From Glaucostegus cemiculus (taxonomy: Eukaryota): a stretch of DNA of 64,000 nt. The position numbers and the translations under genes were made by a program. The notes under the pieces are model-generated. The model saw only the letters and a program-made list of their open reading frames with translations, made no database searches and was not told the origin of the DNA. The stretch covers positions 26,412,001-26,476,000 of the forward strand of contig CDPCPM010000076.1 in assembly GCA_976551045.1 (NCBI GenBank), read 5' to 3'. This document shows, in pieces, positions 12,652 through 26,410 of this stretch. How positions within the stretch are numbered: position 1 is the first letter of the stretch; the number at the start of each line of letters is the position of its first letter.

Positions 12652-15600
12652 GATTTCTCATCAAATTTGTCAATTTTGAGACTTGACTTGAAAACCTACC
12701 ATTTCTCTGGTCAATGTCAACTCGTATAAAACCTTGCCACTCATTCTCAACAAAACAAATGAAGACACTGAAAACTTAACTATCTTGTTATTGCCAATGG
12801 TTCAGGAAGTCTGAAAAGGGTTGCCAGAGCTGTCAATGAATAGATTTTGCACTAAATCTTATAAAAAGAGCAATTATTCCTAGAATTATACACAAATACA
12901 AAAAAGATGAACATAAAAAGAACAGGTGTACCATAACATACTCATTTATATTACCAAAGCAAACTTTTATTTTAGTCTTTTGAAGACTCTTCCAGGACTG
13001 TAATTAACCTGCAGCAAATCTGTACACTTTGGTTAACATAGTGCAATAACTAGGTCAATTATCCTAATGATCAAGTTGAAAGAACGTAATTTCTAAATTC
13101 ATACTTTGGAAGAACTCTCCGCATGGAGTTGCTGCCTGTCACTAAGATTAAAGCCACTTTAGGGGCTGGGCAATAAAATCTGGCATTTTATGAAGGTGAT
13201 TTAATTCAGCCAATGACCTCAAATAATTCACTCTATTCATTTGCAATCATCTGAATAGTTAGCACCAGAACTACTGATAATCTTTCTGCACTGCAAAAGT
13301 TCAATCATGCTGGTAGAGTGAATTGTTTTGAATTTTAAAATGGATACGAGGTCACTGTAATCTTGTCTTGCAGATAACTACAAAGTGTGTGGAACTTTCA
13401 CCTACATCCTATATAACATGTTTTAAGCTGCTCGGTTCTACAGGATTCAAACTAACCTATTCTTCATTGCATGTATAAATTAACACATTTCCTCATAAAT
13501 CTGTACATTAACATATTATGACGGATACATCAGCCCTAGAATCATAATAATAAGAAAAAAGTTTTCTGTGAAGAATTTCTTGTATATACAATTTAAAATA
13601 AAATGTTTTCCATGCATTCAGTGCAACATAATTTAAACAGTAAACATTGGCAAATGGAAAGAAAACCTCCCCCAAACACAAAGACCATCACTTCTATTAC
13701 GATAGCATTACCCACATCTGTCCTGCCTTAACCCACAGTCAGAGTCCATTTAGTATTGTGAAGCATCATCAGACAATTTTCTGTTAAAAGTGGATGAAGT
13801 TGTCTGTTGAATAACACACAATACAGAGCACAAATCAAAGGTTAATTCTGGGTTTTAGGGGCCTAAAAGATGGATATCGAGGTGAAAGGGTTAAAAATAA
13901 AAGTGGTACAAGAAATTATCCTTTTTTAAAAATCAAAGTAGTAAAGTCAAAATCAGGATATTTTGCAAGTGAATAATAATATCAAACAATTCTCTTAAAG
14001 TACAATGCTAAAAGGAAATTATGTCAATCATTAGTGGCATCCTTGGCAGACTTCTCCTCACTCAAACAACTTCATTCAGTTTCCTGGATGGGATGGAAGT
14101 AAATGACGATGCAATCACCTTGATGTTATCTATCAGACTAGAAAGAAGATAAAATGCCAAACAGAGATAATGGCTTCATGCATCACACAAAAACTGCAGT
14201 AAGGTGGGGGGCGGGGGGGGGGCTAGAATCACCATTTTCTTGGTATGCTGTTTCCTGTCAGCAGCTTTGCCACCAATGGTAAAACTGTGACCAGCACTAT
14301 GGGTGATGAGGATGCACTAGTTTCCAGATGTTTTGGTTTCTGCTCACATCCCAAAGATGCGCTGTTTAGATGGCTACTGTTAATTGTCCCTTAGAGCAGG
14401 TGGTTCATAGGAGAATCAGGAAAGGTGGGAGTACAAGATAAGCATGTGAGAGGAAATAGATTACAGAAAAATAATAGGGGAATGATCTGAGAACTGGCTT
14501 AGGAGCCCATTTGTCCCATGGAACCTATGTCATTAAGAACTGTGAGAATTAAGAGAAATCATTGTTCTACATGTGGAGGATATTGGCTAGAAATACAGTT
14601 TTATCAATGCTCCAATCACTGCCTTCCTTGTGAAAATATGCATGATAAATTCTTTTCTACCATTTTCAGATTATTGTAGAGTGATAGTGGAACACAAAAT
14701 ACAATAGTCGTAATTAAGAAAACATGAACATCTGCCGGATGGTAATGAGTAGAAAGGAAGAAAAGAAACTCCTATGGAGGCAAAGCACTGGAAAAGCAAA
14801 ACTACAAGCTAATAGTCCCACCACAAATTCTGTTCACTCCATGCTAATAATAAATCCTTGAGTGGTTGTTAAGACCTGATAAATCCAAGCTTCCCTCAGC
14901 GACTTTCTATGATGCCTATAAATACAATGCATAGAACACATGTACCAACATACTAGTCAAAAGCAGTTAATGGTATCTTGATTAATATGCTATTTTCCCC
15001 TTAATTACCTAGTCTTACAATCCAAATAAAAGTTCCTACATTACAGCAGAGGAGAACAAAATAAGGCATTAAGAGTGGCGACTGCAATTCGAGCCCTTGG
15101 AGATGTGTTAAGATAAGTAGCAAATAGGCAATTACTAAGAAAAATAGTTGATACAACAAACCAAGTAATAGTTGGCATTAAAACATTCAAATCTTTGATA
15201 ACCAAAAGGGAAATATTTATATATTGCTACAGAGGCTCACAGTTTCCAGAAAGTTGTATCTTTGAACACTGAAACAGATTATGAATTGCTTATGTTTATG
15301 GTGGTTGTTATGGTGAAAATTTCAGCCTCAGAAAGCTGCCTAAATCTCAGAATTATGGCCAAGTATTTCAAATGAAACATCTGTGATGGGGAAACAGCAG
15401 CTTGAAGCCCCCGCAGGATCTAATTGCTGTTATGCTAAAGTGCAATAAACAAACAAAGAGACACTCTGGGTTGGCATTAACATATTTTTATCATGCAGTT
15501 GCTGTTCTTAAATAAGATGATTTATTGTTATCTGATGCCTTTGAGAAGATACAGAAATATTTCCTTTGGAGTCCCAGATATCTTCAGTACCTCAATAACA

Positions 15601-16269
15601 ATTTATGCCTTTTCCAGTGTAGTTTCTCAGCTTATGAAAGTGGATTCTAGAGCAAATGTGTTCAGAATTTGAGGAGATTTTGATCCTAAAGTAATATTTT
15701 TAAAGATTTCTCCCTATGACATAAATGGTCTCCAATTATTGTATGACAGCATTATGAAGCTGTTAGCTTTATAAACCAATACCAAAAGGATATTTGAAAT
15801 ATTTTAAGAGGCTTTGTGTGCTGACAATTATGAACTGACCTGTTTGAGTCCGTACAGTAGCAGCTCGTGCTCCACTCCACCTGCCTTGGCATGCAGCTGA
15901 GCTAAAAAATCTAATTATCTGCCAGTTAAAATGCTGTTCTTTGTCTTTTGAGCACATACCTACAACAAATCTAGACTTTAAAAATACTATCCAAACCAAG
16001 TTTCCAATTCAAACCAGAGATTCAAATTAATACAATTCACTTTGAATATTTGGAATGTCAGTGAGCTTGGAGGTGCTTACTGGTGAGTTGGTACAATAAC
16101 TGACAGGTCTGACACTCAGTATGAATTCAATATGGTAGTAACAACTCAGAAGTTTTGCCAGGAACACTGGGCTCTAAAACTTTGTTACATCTTTGGTCCA
16201 AAGAGCCAAATTCTAAAGGCAAGGTTATTGTGGAAGCTATTGAGATCAAGGTTATACCTGACATGTGTG

Positions 16270-16535
16270 GAAACAAGAAACCTTGGCAAAACTAAAGTCA
16301 ATGGAAATGAAAGGGAAAATCTTCAGATGGTTAGAAATCTATCTTGCACAAAGGAAGATGGTCATTACTTTGCAAGGGTTCCCAATAACAGTGTCCTACT
16401 GACAGCCACCTTCACATGCTTCATCAATGACTTTCCTTCCATGATAAGGTTGAAAGTGGGGATTTTTGCTGATCATTATATGATGTTCGATTCCACTTGC
16501 ACCTTCTCACACACTGAAGCAGCCCATGGTTAATT
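16270..16535 (+). mobile_element. Degraded non-LTR reverse transcriptase fragment
   Basis: Translates as RVPNNSVL..TFTCFINDFPSMIRLKVGIFADH, a decayed version of the RT motif GVPQGSVLGP..F..FINDL....FADD. Confidence 0.65.
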
Positions 16536-16664
16536 GCAATATAATAAGTGATAAGACTGGTTGGTTTCACTTAAAGAACTGTCTTATGTGAACAGTTTCT
16601 GTGTTATTGTTAGAATAGTTATGTGTAATATTAAATTTTTAAAAGATGTTTATGATTTTATTTA

Positions 16665-16805
16665 TAGTGTAGTAACAGGCCCTTCCAGCCCAACGAGTCC
16701 ATGCCACCCATTTTAAGCCCCCATATTAACCTACCCGTACGTTTTTTAGAATGTGGGAGGAAACCAGAGCACCCAGAGGAAACCCATGCAGACATGGGAG
16801 AACGT
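16665..16805 (-). mobile_element. V-SINE fragment with CR1-type tail (HE1-like)
   Basis: tgtgggaggaaaccagagcacccagaggaaacccatgcagacatgggagaacgt is the inverted V-domain; it is preceded by the LINE-type tail aacaggcccttccagcccaacgagtcc. Confidence 0.75.
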
Positions 16806-17019
16806 GTGCAGAAGTCAGCCCGTCTCTAATGTAGTGATTGCATGGTAGGAATTCTGTCATGACTCTCTAAGTTTTTTTTATTAACAAAATGTTTCTAGTT
16901 TAAGTAACCGACTATCATCCAGTATCTTAAAGAGGGAATGAGGAAGATAGAAATAGCAGTAAGACCCAGACAGGGACTGATTTGTAGAAAGTAATATTCA
17001 AGCCACGCACGTGGTAGAC

Positions 17020-17705
17020 ATTGTCAATTGCCAACAACCTTCAAACCCTGAATTCAATGGGACCATCATTCCAGAGTCGTCTACCACCAACACTCTAAGA
17101 ATCCAGAAACTCAACTGGACCAGCCACAATATATACTACAGCCAGGAGAAAAAAGGTTGGGTATTCTGTGGCAAATGACACTTTTGAACTCTGATTTTTC
17201 TACCATCTCCAATGTAGCAGCCAGGAATGTGATAGAAACCCTCCGCTTGCCTGAATGAGTTAAGTTCAAATAAAAAGAAGTTCATCAGTGTCCAGAGCAA
17301 GGTCATACACCCATTCCCTTCTTTTGAGCATTCACTCGCCAAATGAATGGCTCATTGTGTGTGATGGTGCTACTCACCATCTACAAAATGCAGAGAAGCA
17401 TCTTGCTAAAACTTATTTCACAGCAACTACCAAACTATGGCCTCTACTACCAATGACTAGGATAGAAGATTCATAAAAAGCCAAAACCATCAACTGCAGT
17501 TTTGTCACCAAATCCCAAACCATCAGAACTTGAAAATATATTGAACTCCATCACCACTGCATGTAGATCCCTAATCAACAATGTCATGAGAGCACCTTCA
17601 CCAGACTGCAGTAGCTTGAGAAGGCTACTCGAGAAGGGAGATAATGGATGGGTAATAAATGCTGGCCTTGGCAGCAACACTACATCCTGCAAAGTGAATA
17701 AAAAT
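17020..17705 (+). mobile_element. Degraded LINE 3' portion ending in a tail shared with local SINEs
   Basis: Decayed RT C-terminal phrases (ccagaaactcaactggaccagccac, caggaatgtgatagaa), ending ggatgggtaataaatgctggccttggcagc. The same tail occurs at 39670 and 42338. Confidence 0.5.
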
Positions 17706-20700
17706 TAATACTTTTTGAAATGCATTACTGCAAATAAAAAAATGTTAATGTCATGTTCCCCATATCAAGAGGTACAATTCCCATACTCTTGCACATGAAC
17801 ATTTTGAATACTGAGCCGCGACAGCTTATCAGCAGTTTAGAGGCTACATCCAAGAGAGAACGATTAAGCAACCAATATTGATGGCCTCAGGGTTTGATAT
17901 TCTCTGTGTTTCACACTGTGAGCATTTTATCAGTCCTAGCATTGGCCTTCACCTGATGGTTAATGAGGTAGATGTGGCACAGCCTTTTGCATCCATGGGT
18001 GCAAACTTTCCAAATTCTCCAATTCCACCAGACAGGCAGGTCCACTTAGAGACTGGTTGGATTTGAGAAGTATATCAGCAAAAAAGTCTACAAACACTGA
18101 AAATCACAAATAAAACAGAAATTGCTAGCACTGCCTATTTCTATATACAAGTTAGCATTCACCTATACGCGTGTCTTCCTGAAAAATGATTTGGTTAGAA
18201 TTGCCAGCAGCTGTGAGACATGCTTCAGTACACTGATATAAATATATGAGCAGCTCTTGCTTCCGAATTCAATATCACCCCTACAATCACTGACTGTATG
18301 TGGTCATTATGCATGTGTATTAACTGGGATATTAAATGAAGCTCATCATCATCCCTTCACACTAGAAGACACGAGCAGCAAATATTGTAGAAACACCATC
18401 ATGATCTTTTCTCTTGTTCATGACAACTGAATGTGCCCAATAAAAGCAGCAGTGCTCATAACCCAAGAACATACTTTAAAAATCAATTGATTAAAAAACT
18501 ATTAAAACACAATTCAAGTTTTTACCACTTGTTCTCAGCTTTGCTGCCTGAGGGAGATGGGCAAAAGGTGTGGGCCAGGCTGGCCAAATCTGCCCCAGGG
18601 AGCATTTGATTCTGGCTTCAATATAATTATTCCTTGAACAAAAGTTTGTACAACTTTTATTCCAACAAAGTTCCAAGCAGGTTTTATAAAGACTGATATT
18701 AAGTTCAAGAATAGCCTGAAGAAAATGTCATCTTCATTTGTGTTACTTTCTTACTTGTCAGTTATTTCAATTAAATTATCTTCATTCAGAAAATACTACT
18801 GTTACAAAGGATTTTCATTACCTTATTATGAAGAAGAGAGAAGAAAAATTCTGCTAAGCATTGAAAACTATTGAGAGTGATTTCATAGAAGAATTTTGTA
18901 TACAATGCCATTAGGCCAAAAATGCTGGTGACAACTCTTCTGGTGTTTGCCGATAAAACTATTCCCTACTCATCTTATAGGCCTGCAATATTTTCTGTTC
19001 AAGTATCCAATCCTTCTTTGAATCCTACTGTTCAATCTGCCTTCAACTGAATGTCCCAGATCACAATCCCCTGGTTCAAAACAAGCTGTCAATGTCTGTA
19101 GGGCGCTCCAAGCGTGGGTTCTCAAGGTATGAAGCCCAAGGCCTACCTATTGCTCAGAGCAAGTTGGTACTTACACTCAGCTTATCCAGCCCTCTAGTCT
19201 GAGTGGCGTAGGCACAACCAGCAGCAAATCCAGGCAATGAATCAGATCCAACACAACCTGTCCCAATATGTAAAAATATTTTGTGCATTTCCGGTTCTCC
19301 CTCCAATGGTGTTAAATGTGGGTCCTCTGATTACCAATCCTTCTGTCACAGGAATGAGTTTTTCCTCATTCACTATATATAAAACAAAATCACTCATCTT
19401 TTAACTTTTTACATCTTTAGGACAGAAAAATATTCTAAATGAATTTTCTCCACACAATCAAAGGCCCTTATCCCTGGTTCCATTCTAGTGCATCTTTCCT
19501 GCACACCCATCAAGATCTGGACGTATTTCCTAATGCGTGCTGTCCTAAATTAAACACACATCAGCTTAGTCCTTAGTGTTTTCAAAACTACTTAATGTTA
19601 CTTTCTTAGTTTTATATTCCATTCCTCTATGAAGATGAAGCCAAGGATCATGTGTTGTATTTTAAAATATGACATGCCCTTATCTTATTCAGTCAGCTTC
19701 AGAAGTCTGGGTACAGATACCCCCAGCTGTCAATATTATCTTGTACCTCTTTTAAAGTAGAACAATTTAACTCGACTATATGTCACTGTTCTTAGCAATA
19801 AAATGCAAATCTTCACTATATCCTGGCATTAAACTTCATTTGACATTTACCTATGTCCTCCTGAAATTTGTTAACAGCCAGCTCATTTTTATAGCACATT
19901 TAAACTTTGTATAATTTAAAAACTTTGAAATTCTGCACAGTTTATCTATGTCCACGTCAATGATAAACATCAAAACTATGTTCCTAATACTAGCCTCTGG
20001 CTTGAAAACCTGTTTTCTACTCTGATCTGCATCTTTCATCTAAAACAAATTTTGATTCAAACTGCCTTTTAAATCTTAAGACTATTACATTTGCTTACGT
20101 CTACTCTGTAATGCCTTATCAAATGCCTTGTGAAAGCCCATTCTCACATCATTAACTCTATCTGAAATTGATATAGACTTTTCAGCCTTTTGGGACTACA
20201 CCTCTATTCAATAAAATTGTGGTCTGTCCTGGACTTCATCCCCTTTCTTTTTTCATCCTCATTTGCCCTAATTCACATAGATTCTTTCAATGTTATCAAT
20301 TTCAGCCTCAATAGTCAATATCTAAACATATACAGCCAAGGTATAGAATATTAAGCATTTAAGATCCTCTCTGTTAAAAAAATTAGCTTCATCTCAGTGC
20401 TAACTGGGGATCTTATCCTGAAACTAAAGTGTTACATTCTCCAGCACAGGGATAGACCCTCTCTCCATCTGGCCTATCAACCCTTTACAGAATCTTGTAC
20501 GTTTCAATGATTCACTTCTCATTCTTCTGAACTTAAATAGAGGCAAATGTTACTCAACTTCTCTTAACACAATAACTGCTTAATTCCAAAAACCAATCTA
20601 TTGAATAAAAATTGTGCTGACTCCAAGCAAGCAGAGTATACCCTTCAGCACACTCTAAGGATAATCTCAAAGCTCTGTATAGAGTTTCAGCAAGACTTCT

Positions 20701-23700
20701 TCACTTCCAACCCACGAGTTATTTAAAGAACTTGGCTAACCACGATATACCTTTAAAGATTTTTGACGATTTTAACTTCATAGCCTACATTTTTTCGTAA
20801 TGTTAATTTATTTTGTCCTGGATTTACAGAGGTTTCCCCATCACCAGATTTAGGTTGATCCTTCTGCAGCTGCAAGATTTATCCCTCTCCTCCAATCACT
20901 CATCATGCTCAGGAAGCCTAAGCTCAAGATCAAACAATTGGAAACATTTCCAGCACATGTGGTTATAGAGAGCTCATAAATATTCTAGAGTAGGAATTGA
21001 TAGGAATGGCTGTTGGGTTTTCTACTAGAGTCTCGTTAGTTAAATGCATAATGAATATTCATGATGTCTTAAAAACACTGTACTCCTTTACCACTGCATG
21101 TGTCTTTCTATCAGTTTGTAACAATTAGTTTTTTTTGTAAGGACAGTTAAATGGTTTGTAACCAACAATCTGTATGTTTAACTCTGATACGGTATCTTTG
21201 GGTCTGGGTCACCAGCTAGCTCATTTGATAGAAAGCTATCAGTGCCTGAATGTTACTCAGGTTTGTCACCTATTCCAGGCTCAGTATTTCAAACAAAGAT
21301 GGGTTGTGGACCTTCAACAGTAACAATAATGGATTAGTTCTTGCTTTGAGCAGGTATCTGCACTATTAATTCTGTTCCATAGATTTTATGCAGGTATGTT
21401 GGTTAAGTCAAGCATGCAAGGCAAAATGGTGCCCCTATGCTCATTTTTGAATTACATGTACCATTTAAAATTTGTAAATGACTTACAATGCAATATGTTG
21501 TTTCATCATTTACAATAACTACAGTGCAAGAAAAGTTCCAGGATGGATTCAGTGTTCCTTTCACTGCAGTTACCCCATCCCAGCTAACATCCTGGCAGCA
21601 GGATCATGGATGCTTCATATCCAATAGTATTCAGCTGAAAAGTTTCATCCAGAAGCTTTTGCTCTTGCAGATCTTAATTAATTTTGACACCAGTGTGATT
21701 TGGCTACACACAGCAGTTGAATTTTAACTTGCTGCTCAATCAGTAATCCAGCATTGTGAATTGACCACTCATTATAGAGATTGTCAAATTTTCATTTCCA
21801 TTGCTTTTAATGCATGCAAACATATTGTTCAGCTTTTAAACTGCAAAATCAGTTATATTCTACTCATTGCAAACAATCTCAACAGATAAGTACATGTCAG
21901 AACACTATTTTAAGCACAGATTTGTTAGCATACTATTTTCAATATTCTGATAAAAAAGAGAAATATCAACAGTTTAGTGTAATGTAATATAGCCAGACAT
22001 TATACAATATAATGAACTGTGAATGAAAAACTGTAAACTGGAGATGTCATTTATCCGTTCTCACCATCTGGGCTGAGTATTTTGTGACATCATATGTATA
22101 TCTTGTCCAAAATGCATTTAAACCCATAAATAAGTAGTAAAAATAAAACCATCAGTGCAGTATGTAACACAAGCAGAGCTGTTTGACAATCCTTTGAGCC
22201 TTATATAATTTGAACAGCAAAAATGTTGTAAAAAAAAAGTGTGATGAATGTGGCTATTTATACCAAGTATGGTGCGATGAGATTGTGACAAAGTTGCAAC
22301 ATATGCTGTGTGACAGCACCATCAAAATAGCAAACAATCTTCAGTAAATATGTATTTGGTAATAAATAATATACACAGAATAATAGATGATCAAGCAAAA
22401 TTAAAGAAATTTTATCCCTATTTGTATATTATGTTTATAGACTGTAAAAGTTAGAAATCATAAAAGATCCATGCTCTTGTAATTTATCCCAAACTTTTCA
22501 TTTGTGAAAAGGCCAATGCAAGGAGATTGTAGTTGGAATACAATGGTAACCGACTTCTCATTCAATTCTCACCTGCCCATTTCCTAACCTCCTATTCAAA
22601 GTCACTTTCTTATCTTGAGCTACATTACTTATGGGTTTACAGCATCTCAAATTTAAAATTCTTAATTTGTTTGAATTTATTATTTGCTTCATGGCCCCCA
22701 TGCCCTAATTTTCATAACGTCTGTCCTATAGCTGCAACGAATATAAACAATATTATCACCTTCTTTGGCTCAGCATCCACTTTCATGATTACACCTGGAT
22801 AGAACCTTGCCTTGTTTTAGTTCCCCTGTGAAGGGAGCTCTATAGATGTGAACTATTGCTACTACAGAGGAAGTCTTAGGATAATAACCACTTTGCAGAG
22901 ACTTTTCTATTTAGCGACATTGTCCCCAAAAGAACATTTGGGCCTTAGATATCAAAAATGGTACAAATTTTAATGTTAGAGAGTGCAAATAGAAGACTCT
23001 TGACCAACAGAAATGCACATTTCTTATATGAATAAGATCACTGTATGGTTATTATGATGGTAAGGTATGGATTATGCTTTTATGTAAAATGCAGTGTGCA
23101 ATGCTTAGACCAGAGTTATGGGCACCAATGTAATCTGCCCATCATAAGCAATGAAAACTATAAACAAGAAATGTTTTAAATGCATGAAGACCAACATTGT
23201 AGTTGATGCCTATCGTAATGGAAGATGGTCTTTGTCTTGTGTCCAATACAGATGACTGTCTGGAAGAGGGAGGGAGATATGTAGATAATGCAGAGTGTGC
23301 GTGTTACATGATAAATACAATAAAAATTTAATTTGATGATTTGCAATTATGTCACTACATGTAAACACCTTTTTAGCCCGCTCCATACACCATTACACAA
23401 CATATATATTTACTACTGAATCTGACGATTATACACAGATGTTTCGACTGCAGTTCTTTTATGAATTGAGCGCAATTGGCTAAATTCAACTTTTATTATT
23501 CAGTGAAATTCTTTTTTTCTCTCCAATCACAGTAGAAATCAGCTTAACAACATTATAAAATTTGGAGCCATACATTGATTCTCCAGGTCAGGCACAAAAG
23601 TCTTTGAAGTATTTTACAGAACTATTTTCAGTTTAACAAGGATTTCAATAAAAAAAAAGTTTCAGCTTTGAACCAAAGTCCAGCTGAAATTGTAATTATA

Positions 23701-24725
23701 GGAAAATGTTTAATGGCATTCCGAATCATTTAGCCATGAAATCAAAAAGAGGTAAAAGTATGTTACACTTGGATTGCTAATCATTCAATGGACTAAATGT
23801 AAAACAAAAACATGAATGCTCATCTAATTTTTATTGCATCAAATAAGATAAATCAGATTTATTGTAGAATGCCTTTATTCTGTTGTAATGAAAAAGAACT
23901 CCTGCAGATAGCCAAGAGTCCTCAAAACCCTCCATCCTGCAGATTGTTTTATTGACCCGCTTCAGCAGCAGGAACCTCCTTTACTCTACTCAATACCCTG
24001 GCTCACAATACAGCAATACCCATCGGTCCCATTCCCCCTGCTTATTTCCCTGCAAGCTATTCACTCTCACATGCCTGTCTACTCTCATTTAATTCTTTAT
24101 CAAGGATAAAGATGAAATGGTCCGGAGCAGCATACCTTTTAAACAGGTACTCTGGCTTTCAAGTTTGGCTCATTTACTTGGTTCAAGTGCTTATTGTTAT
24201 ACTTCTTACTGGAAATCTTAGGTGTTCCACCAACTAACAACTCTGTCAGACTCATTTTGCATGCCTAGGCTCCCTTCAGATTTAGGTCACCACTAAATTG
24301 TGTGCACTCCAATCATACTTGTGCACATGCATACCTTACATTCAGTCTGCAACTGAAGTAATCCTTTGCAGATCTGTGGAACCCATTCTACTGGAAGCCT
24401 CAACCCAATGGTCTTTTCACAGGAATACCCTGATGGCCTTTGACATTTAAAACAAAGTTTAAATAGATTTAAATAATTAACAAAAAAAAGTTTTAGTTAA
24501 AATATTTTAAATTAATGCAAATTAAATATAAATAAAAAAATAAAAAAAAAACTTAACCTAAACCCTGCTTTGTTACTGAAAGTCAGTAGCCCCTGCATGA
24601 AGCTCAGTATGTTCAAAGTACACCAATGCAGTCAATGGCATTGCCAGCAATGGAGCAGTGGGTTAGATACACCAGAACATTTAACTTCCATGATGTAATG
24701 TGTGGAACAGGAAAATGTGCTGAAC

Positions 24726-25010
24726 CGGTAGCACTACTGCTTTACAGCTTCGGGGAGTTTGCATCTCTCCCAGCAACTAGGTGGGTTTCCACTAGGTGTT
24801 CCCACATTCCAAATTCATACAGGTATGTGGTGGATATTGTAAATCTCTCCCTAATGAAGGTAAAAGCCAAAGGAATCAAAGGAGAATCAATGGGCATGAG
24901 AGAGAGAACAAGTTACAAGAAAACGAGGAGGAATGGGACCAATGGAATTGTTCTGTTGAGAGCTGGCATGGACAAAACATTTTGAAATCCCTCCTCCTGT
25001 GTTGTAATAA
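24726..25010 (+). mobile_element. Old V-SINE-like element
   Basis: Decayed head (gcactactgctttacagct), V-like ggagtttgca..gtgggtttcc, and a 3' part similar to the inverted copy at 35181-35526. Confidence 0.55.
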
Positions 25011-25781
25011 CTAAGTAAGTAAACAGCAAAGTGCCACAGGCAGTCCTCCCCGTGGAACCACTTGCTCATTTGATCTCAGCATGGCCAAGGCTTTAATGTA
25101 AATTACTAACATCAGCATTTCCAGACCCCAAAGACCTCCACCCACAGTACCACTCCTCACTCCAAAGTAACTGCTCCAACAAATACTTGCTCTTTTATAT
25201 CCTTCAGCATTTACAATCATTCCCATTTATTCCCTGATATTTTAGCATGAACCAGAACACTCACATTTTTTTTTGGAAGTTGAAGATAATGAGGTCTTCC
25301 ATAACCAACTCAGAAAATGCTTCAGAAAGTTGGTGGTTAGATTGGCATGAATTTGCCTTTCTAGTACAATATTGACAACTGTTGACTAGCTGAAAAATCA
25401 CACTGATATTCCTGAAGTGCCTTTCTGATAATCAATTTCCCCTAACTTACCTAGGAATAAAAGGATTTAGAAATCTGATTAGTCTTCCTCAGTACTTGTG
25501 GAAATAAATATCAACCATTCCTGAAGCTCTTCTATACTGAATCCTTTTAGTCTATCCAGGGCTTCAATCTTATTTATACTAAAGTTGTTAAATCTACTTG
25601 GGTTACTGCTATTTCAAAAGGGCAGGTTGCTCATCTCTTCTCTGGTGAATATACCAAGGAAATAACTGTTGTACTTAAACTATCACTTACTGATTTTCAG
25701 TTTCAGCCTTGTTAACATTTTAAATTCTTACCTCTTCCCTGAGTACCCCTTTATTTTTATAGCACTGAAAAAAATTGGTAG

Positions 25782-26410
25782 GAACATAAGAAAAACATAA
25801 GGTACATATTCACACCCCTTCCTGCTCCCCACTCATGATTGTTCCACTATTCAATAAGATCACAGCTGATCTTTTACCTCAGTGCCATTTCCCTGCACTA
25901 ATTGCATTCACTTAATATCTAAAAATCTAATGATCTCTTAGTAGAATAAATTCAGCAATTAAACCTCCATATCCCTTTGGGGTAGAAAATTCCAAAAATT
26001 CACTCCCCACCAGGTGAAGACATCTCTCAACCCTTCAGAATGGCAAACTTCATATTTGGATACAGTGGTTTGAGACTCCCAAGCCAGTGGATACATGATC
26101 CTTGTATGTATCTATGAAGTCCTGTATATTTCACTGAGATTACCTTTCATTCCTCTGAACTCATGGGAGTATGGGTCTAATTTACTTAATTTCAGCTCCG
26201 ACAACAAACCCACCATCCCAGCTTTGCTGCACTCCCTCCATTGCAAGAGCATCTTTCTCTGGGTTAAGACGTCAGGTGTACAAAACATTCCAGCTGTGGG
26301 CACACAAGCTCCCTATATAATTGGAGTAAGATGTGTCTACTCTTGTACTCAAATCCTATTTCACTAATGGCCAACATACCATTTACCTTCCTAATTGCTT
26401 CCTGTACCTG
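25782..26410 (-). mobile_element. CR1-type LINE 3' fragment
   Basis: Begins with the tail gaacataagaaaaacataag, followed by ttccactattcaataagatcacagctgat, gaaaattccaaaaattcac and ggccaacataccatttaccttcctaattgctt, all inverted CR1 sequence. Confidence 0.7.
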